Part shown: positions 62,701 through 64,000 of the stretch, one piece after another
Position numbering within the stretch: position 1 is the stretch's first letter
How the letters are laid out: each line of letters starts with the position of its first letter
Origin: Chlamydiota bacterium
GTDB taxonomy: Bacteria > Auribacterota > JACPWU01
Direction of reading: 5' to 3'
DNA length: 64,000 bases
Assembly (NCBI GenBank): GCA_016178055.1
Contig: JACOUC010000036.1
Coordinates: 9 to 64,008 of the forward strand
The notes under the pieces: generated by a model
What the model was told of the DNA's origin: nothing
What the model saw: only the letters and a program-made list of their open reading frames with translations
The model's database searches: none
Program-made: the position numbers and the translations under genes

Positions 62701-63754
62701 AATCAATCAGAGCCAGATAATATTCATTAATTGAAAGCTCATTCATTCGATATTGAAGCGTCAGTTCAAGTAATTGAATGAGATCCTTTCGGGATAATTC
62801 ATCACCTAAAACATCCAGAAGCTTTCTCTCCTCATCTCCCAAGAGACTTGGATGAATTTCTTTTTCCATTTCAAAGTAATGAAGAACGTTTACATAATTT
62901 CGGATTTTGGATTTTGGATTTTGGATTTTTAAGGAGATCTGTAAATCGCTTAAAGCCTGGCAATAATCAAAAAGGCTTAATTCGTGACGAACATATTGAT
63001 CATGAAATTTAATCAATGAAATAAGTTGAGAGTTTTTTGCCTCGAGCCTCGAGCCTCGAGCCTCGAGCTGCTTTATTAATTCCTCTAAAACGGGCAGGAC
63101 TTCATCCTTCACCTTTAAAACATCTAAAAAGAGTTTCTTATTTTTTAAATAGTAAAGAGGCGTTTCAATTCCATAGAGAAGTGGATTGGACTCACTTGTA
63201 ATGGCATAAAACTCAGGCCCATTGAGCTTGGCATTTTTCATCAAAAATTCTGCAGTATCTCGGCGGATTTCTGGATCTGGAAGATTCTTAAAATAAGAAT
63301 AATCAAGGGCGCCACTGGCGCCTTCAAGGGCGATGAGAAAGCTGGAGCTTCGAGCTTCGAGGCTACTTTGGCTCGAGGCTCGAAGCTCGAGGCTCGAGGT
63401 AAATACTTTCTCAGTTTTTGCTTTTGTTTCTGCTTCGAGCTGATTTTCAATAATTTCCAAGATCCTGGCCATTCGCCATTGGACTTCAAAGTTCCCGTGG
63501 GCGTCTTGAAGGAGATAAATGGTTTTTGCATCTTTATCGGGAGAAATCCAGCTTCGCTCAATCCATCCTAATTTTTGAGGAATATAAAAATCTATATTTT
63601 TACCGAGAGAAGAAACGGAAGCAGGATTAAAGGGCAGCGTTTGCGCAAAAAGACTCTGGGAAGAGAAAATCATATCTTTCTCTATCAAAGAGAATGCGAA
63701 GGCAACCGTCACCCCAATACGGATCAATTTTATAAATAATGTTTCTCTTTTCAT
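56702..63754 (-). CDS. Giant multidomain protein, ORF3 (2350 aa: Tiki/ChaN-like N-domain, two Ser/Thr kinases, C-terminal module shared with ORF2)
   Basis: ATG at 63754 with AGGAG 4 nt upstream. Signal peptide MKRETLFIKLIRIGVTVAFAFSL. Its stop is about 100 bp upstream of the ORF2 start on the same strand. Confidence 0.7.
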   Translation of the reverse strand: MKRETLFIKLIRIGVTVAFAFSLIEKDMIFSSQSLFAQTLPFNPASVSSLGKNIDFYIPQKLGWIERSWISPDKDAKTIYLLQDAHGNFEVQWRMARILEIIENQLEAETKAKTEKVFTSSLELRASSQSSLEARSSSFLIALEGASGALDYSYFKNLPDPEIRRDTAEFLMKNAKLNGPEFYAITSESNPLLYGIETPLYYLKNKKLFLDVLKVKDEVLPVLEELIKQLEARGSRLEAKNSQLISLIKFHDQYVRHELSLFDYCQALSDLQISLKIQNPKSKIRNYVNVLHYFEMEKEIHPSLLGDEERKLLDVLGDELSRKDLIQLLELTLQYRMNELSINEYYLALIDFSKRSEINLKDYPNIDRSIQAYQFRTEINDNQLMEEIREIEENLKLSFISDKSAIIFEWLYALKRMAELRGREDDLTLVEETIERLGWDKIQQFMGEDSAPLKKYFPLYEQYYKTIKSRDGEIAKNFMASFSEKNVKSAVLMVGGYHTPGLEKFFQQKNISYHVISPVIPRDSIEEAYQLYLKRMGDPEYALTAEDLKGIGEMLALEDGIGFISTDPRRKTQVGDDFKAEFALTAATLAYARKRREKNPELAQWLKDRDREGIKILYSALDEEGARLVFGLIKGEPLIFRFRPYSEKGMKPFKAPLQVLARGVLGNTFVETLTPHAVSAFWMDCLLDRARKLPKGSGASLKRIDERYVEFLGLLESDQDLRSILNQLNDPVLETGIHQQRKAILKQVLSSPDQHTYDHLLPVLRIDFNSASLDEFQLAGGGEEAPSPELAGSEGEETLRSQMLSLRNRIAEAMNQVEGWREDLSSASPDEVTSLNLSEANLVNDFVSARDALAQLSAEDRKQLDELYWNINDALEALNAEVQAFEVLSQWNRQGATIIDGRYRLVNKLGEGTTAETWEAKDVDGNVRAIKWMKEGAEDAERKIEQEYQRQLSASRDGGPAPSVYGYGYDQGSQRHFLVMDFNQDEDLQDYIVRLQDGMDEGTLSRDVYMQEMLTFFKALLTALGELHARGILHNDLKPENIRYNASKHQITFLDFGSSTSETEEEQALQQLSFLYAAPETRRTVQSDLYSAGVIFFNMIAASFPFGIAPGDVEVVIATKKLGNDAFQGQDIASISPPLMSYIRQILDQHVSQRFKNAAQALNELERITPVILAEAEASSFLARPEVPVEALLEEPAPEGESGLSPSASPSTPRHVYEIGTVMGHYQILEKLGEGGQGSVFRALDTNANEHVALKIISPRPEDDYHYLPTPEREAQIQKQVHDLPNNPDPAVREFGVLENGDSFIAMDDVTQEEGTIRWDQYVHNLRTQLVSGELTYETFQNNILTAFKELLKTLEEVHGLNLVHRDLKPANFFYNPKTNKMTLIDFGAAGSPEIKVRSGFIIGSLTYMSPETYDGNFSFKSDLFALGVILYMSLLNTSPFRVMDREVPTGQGRAVKGREKVTNVDPFDGQYEAAFSKLNSDLQTFFRGLLAKDVTQRMSTSEALDQLDIVLPEEISPDIEIVDDVLAPEVAGAFGTLAHAVSTTTSTGQRADQSRSSQGEMGLPSLHEPAESNKYESFLIPSFPYKQIKNFLGEDAELSCYLVPADKLQGNDAVIKVAERNRVEIWMSRNLKMEERDEVGVHEISEWHLMQWIISNPDLIDELEPILEERLVQRRARYSGETREYSIAVLAAHIGAAALEVIKYGKQGLTLLHERKMREKDTAFLERVEAETSEMRASLQHRVIETLNRRMPEPMRTMQINMDELNAYESRFRERALEELTFRKSLIYTTLAGISWLKVEAFAQSPFVRWLARISGSKTPPGSGTPGSGGARKKLVHHQVSLSRDKELKMIEFAVNLKKISKSRTVTIDDGDPYLSKLKNVTRPTPLEPRGEMATLESGRETGSPLSLRGVRGVTTYQEVNYDENDPHLEKLFPGLKDILKTVGGAYHCYGNDGKLYIFISRNAQDKKIALQHEKMEIFIKNWMESNLSSSPLKERGETSVGGTPLLVQEGLGELPDLARVSHILAWALQIIENGWTDITQVEFLWNEIREMDLDALQAVIGDDRAEQREFIKQYLPLILTALGKSPDNVIFQIEKFETSVKQFALLQKSIRKTSANRFEASKAEALEGVVRGLFMDRPEALDRAPALLLIDLSTLVDGNNIARPGAEASIAVLVKAAAQMRQSQGQMKIVLVDHEGKIGGLQALVDKKIPGAEVLLRFRNEGIIFEQAPTREEASPENMENYIIKAAEAKGLMGLQVQNIQVVIDPSHQSIYSKILNQLILGDAIDIQLDQTMFDKLSAMNAELAKRFKAKEVGQGVKTYSVHLKKEELDEEKYKATRQMYDLAAVKA
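57713..57782. repeat. Family B palindromic element (CCCCTCTTGAACCAAGAGGGG and CTCCCCTTTCTTTTAAGGGGGAG hairpins), in frame in ORF3
   Basis: It is an inverted partner of 58021-58103, about 240 bp away. Confidence 0.6.
58021..58103. repeat. Family B palindromic element, inverted partner (CTCCCCTTAAACTAAGGGGAG ... CCCCTCTTGGTTCAAGAGGGG), in frame in ORF3
   Basis: The reverse complement matches 57713-57782 over about 80 bp with gaps. Confidence 0.6.
59380..60095 (-). other. ORF3 Ser/Thr kinase domain 2
   Basis: HYQILEKLGEGGQGSVFRALD at 60020-60088, VALKII, VHRDLKPANFFY at 59643-59665, IDFGAAG and LTYMSPE. Confidence 0.7.
60330..61070 (-). other. ORF3 Ser/Thr kinase domain 1
   Basis: RYRLVNKLGEGTTAETWEAKD at 61021-61070, RAIKW, HNDLKPENIRY at 60612-60660, LDFGSS and LYAAPE. 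Confidence 0.65.
63039..63068. repeat. Family A element, single arm, in frame in ORF3
   Basis: gcctcgagcctcgagcctcgagcctcgagc. It encodes LEARGSRLEAK. Confidence 0.6.
63343..63440. repeat. Family A palindromic element, full, in frame in ORF3
   Basis: gagcttcgagcttcgaggc...ggctcgaggctcgaagctcgaggctcgagg taaatactttctcagtttttgcttttgtttctgcttcgagc. Confidence 0.75.
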
Positions 63755-63844
63755 ACTCCTTCTCTAACTCCCCCATCTCCAAACTCCCAATTTAAAGATA
63801 CGATCGAGATGGACATTTCCAACATAAAAAAACCTCTTTTTTGT

Positions 63845-64000
63845 TTACGCTGCTTCTTGGGCCATCGGATGCACCCTTCTTCTTTCATCTAATCTTTGAG
63901 AAGGACTTGAATTCGTAGATGGATCATTCGATAATCCTGCAAGCAAGAGATCCACAGCCCCAATAAAATCCGCTTCAGTTGCAATATCTCTAAAATGGGC
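63845..64000 (-). CDS. C-terminal fragment of an unidentified minus-strand gene, truncated by the window edge
   Basis: Hand translation gives ...IATEADFIGAVDLLLAGLSNDPSTNSSPSQRLDERRRVHPMAQEAA*. It was not in the ORF track because the window ends inside it. Confidence 0.3.
   Translation of the reverse strand, partial: AHFRDIATEADFIGAVDLLLAGLSNDPSTNSSPSQRLDERRRVHPMAQEAA

Noticed and set aside
8848-63440. Regularly repeated CTCGAG-containing units resembling a CRISPR array
   Set aside because: The repeats are palindromic hairpin arms with a conserved loop. They are not direct repeats separated by unique spacers of constant length. They lie in frame inside coding sequence and are dispersed over 55 kb. 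No cas genes are present.
3931-63754. Possibility that the giant ORFs reflect an alternative genetic code or stop-codon reassignment
   Set aside because: The ORF track treats TAA, TAG and TGA as stops, so reassignment would fragment ORFs rather than create giant ones. Conventional genes in the window such as transketolase, GDE and TldD are intact under the standard code.
1-64000. rRNA or tRNA genes
   Set aside because: I scanned intergenic regions for conserved rRNA blocks and for the tRNA T-loop/acceptor architecture and found none. The IVS-type proteins are here associated with protein-coding genes, not rRNA.

Overview
This window looks like it comes from a PVC-type bacterium, probably Omnitrophota-like. 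That is an inference from the giant genes and a DUF1559 pseudopilin, not a database result. Three paralogous giant ORFs on the minus strand occupy about 44 of the 64 kb. ORF1 is about 16.1 kb (5355 aa), ORF2 about 21.0 kb (7012 aa) and ORF3 about 7.1 kb (2350 aa). Each starts with a signal peptide and a Tiki/TraB/ChaN-like domain, followed by long multi-enzyme modules. ORF1 carries an M50 site-2-protease-like module, a complete ClpB-like double AAA+ module and a GT4 glycosyltransferase module. ORF2 carries two Ser/Thr kinase domains, two PP2C domains, a mid-protein transmembrane cluster, three zincin-like HExxH segments and internally repeated modules. ORF3 carries two Ser/Thr kinase domains and shares a C-terminal module with ORF2. 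The striking observations are these. (1) A family of about 80-200 bp palindromic elements built on CTCGAG/TTCGAG units is inserted in frame at 10 or more sites in the giant ORFs, reminiscent of Rickettsia palindromic elements. (2) Four plus-strand genes are nested antisense inside ORF1: two paralogous coiled-coil genes with near-identical leaderless promoters, and a VapB-like/PIN pair. Each sits at a module boundary of the giant protein, divergent from an internal Met, and three of the four share the antisense phase in which wobble positions coincide. (3) A four-helix-bundle gene and a GxxExxY gene, both of the rRNA intervening-sequence type, are each bracketed by inverted tandem-repeat arrays and flank a tldD/pmbA pair. 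(4) A HepT/MntA toxin-antitoxin cassette with 24 bp flanking direct repeats sits right after the stop of ORF2. (5) A c-di-GMP-I (GEMM) riboswitch with a terminator precedes a DUF1559 pseudopilin gene. Conventional genes include futalosine-pathway menaquinone genes (radical SAM MqnC/E, UbiD-like, MqnA/D), glycogen debranching enzyme, a split transketolase, a 2Fe-2S ferredoxin and an FHA-GAF-PP2C phosphatase. No rRNA, tRNA or CRISPR array was seen.
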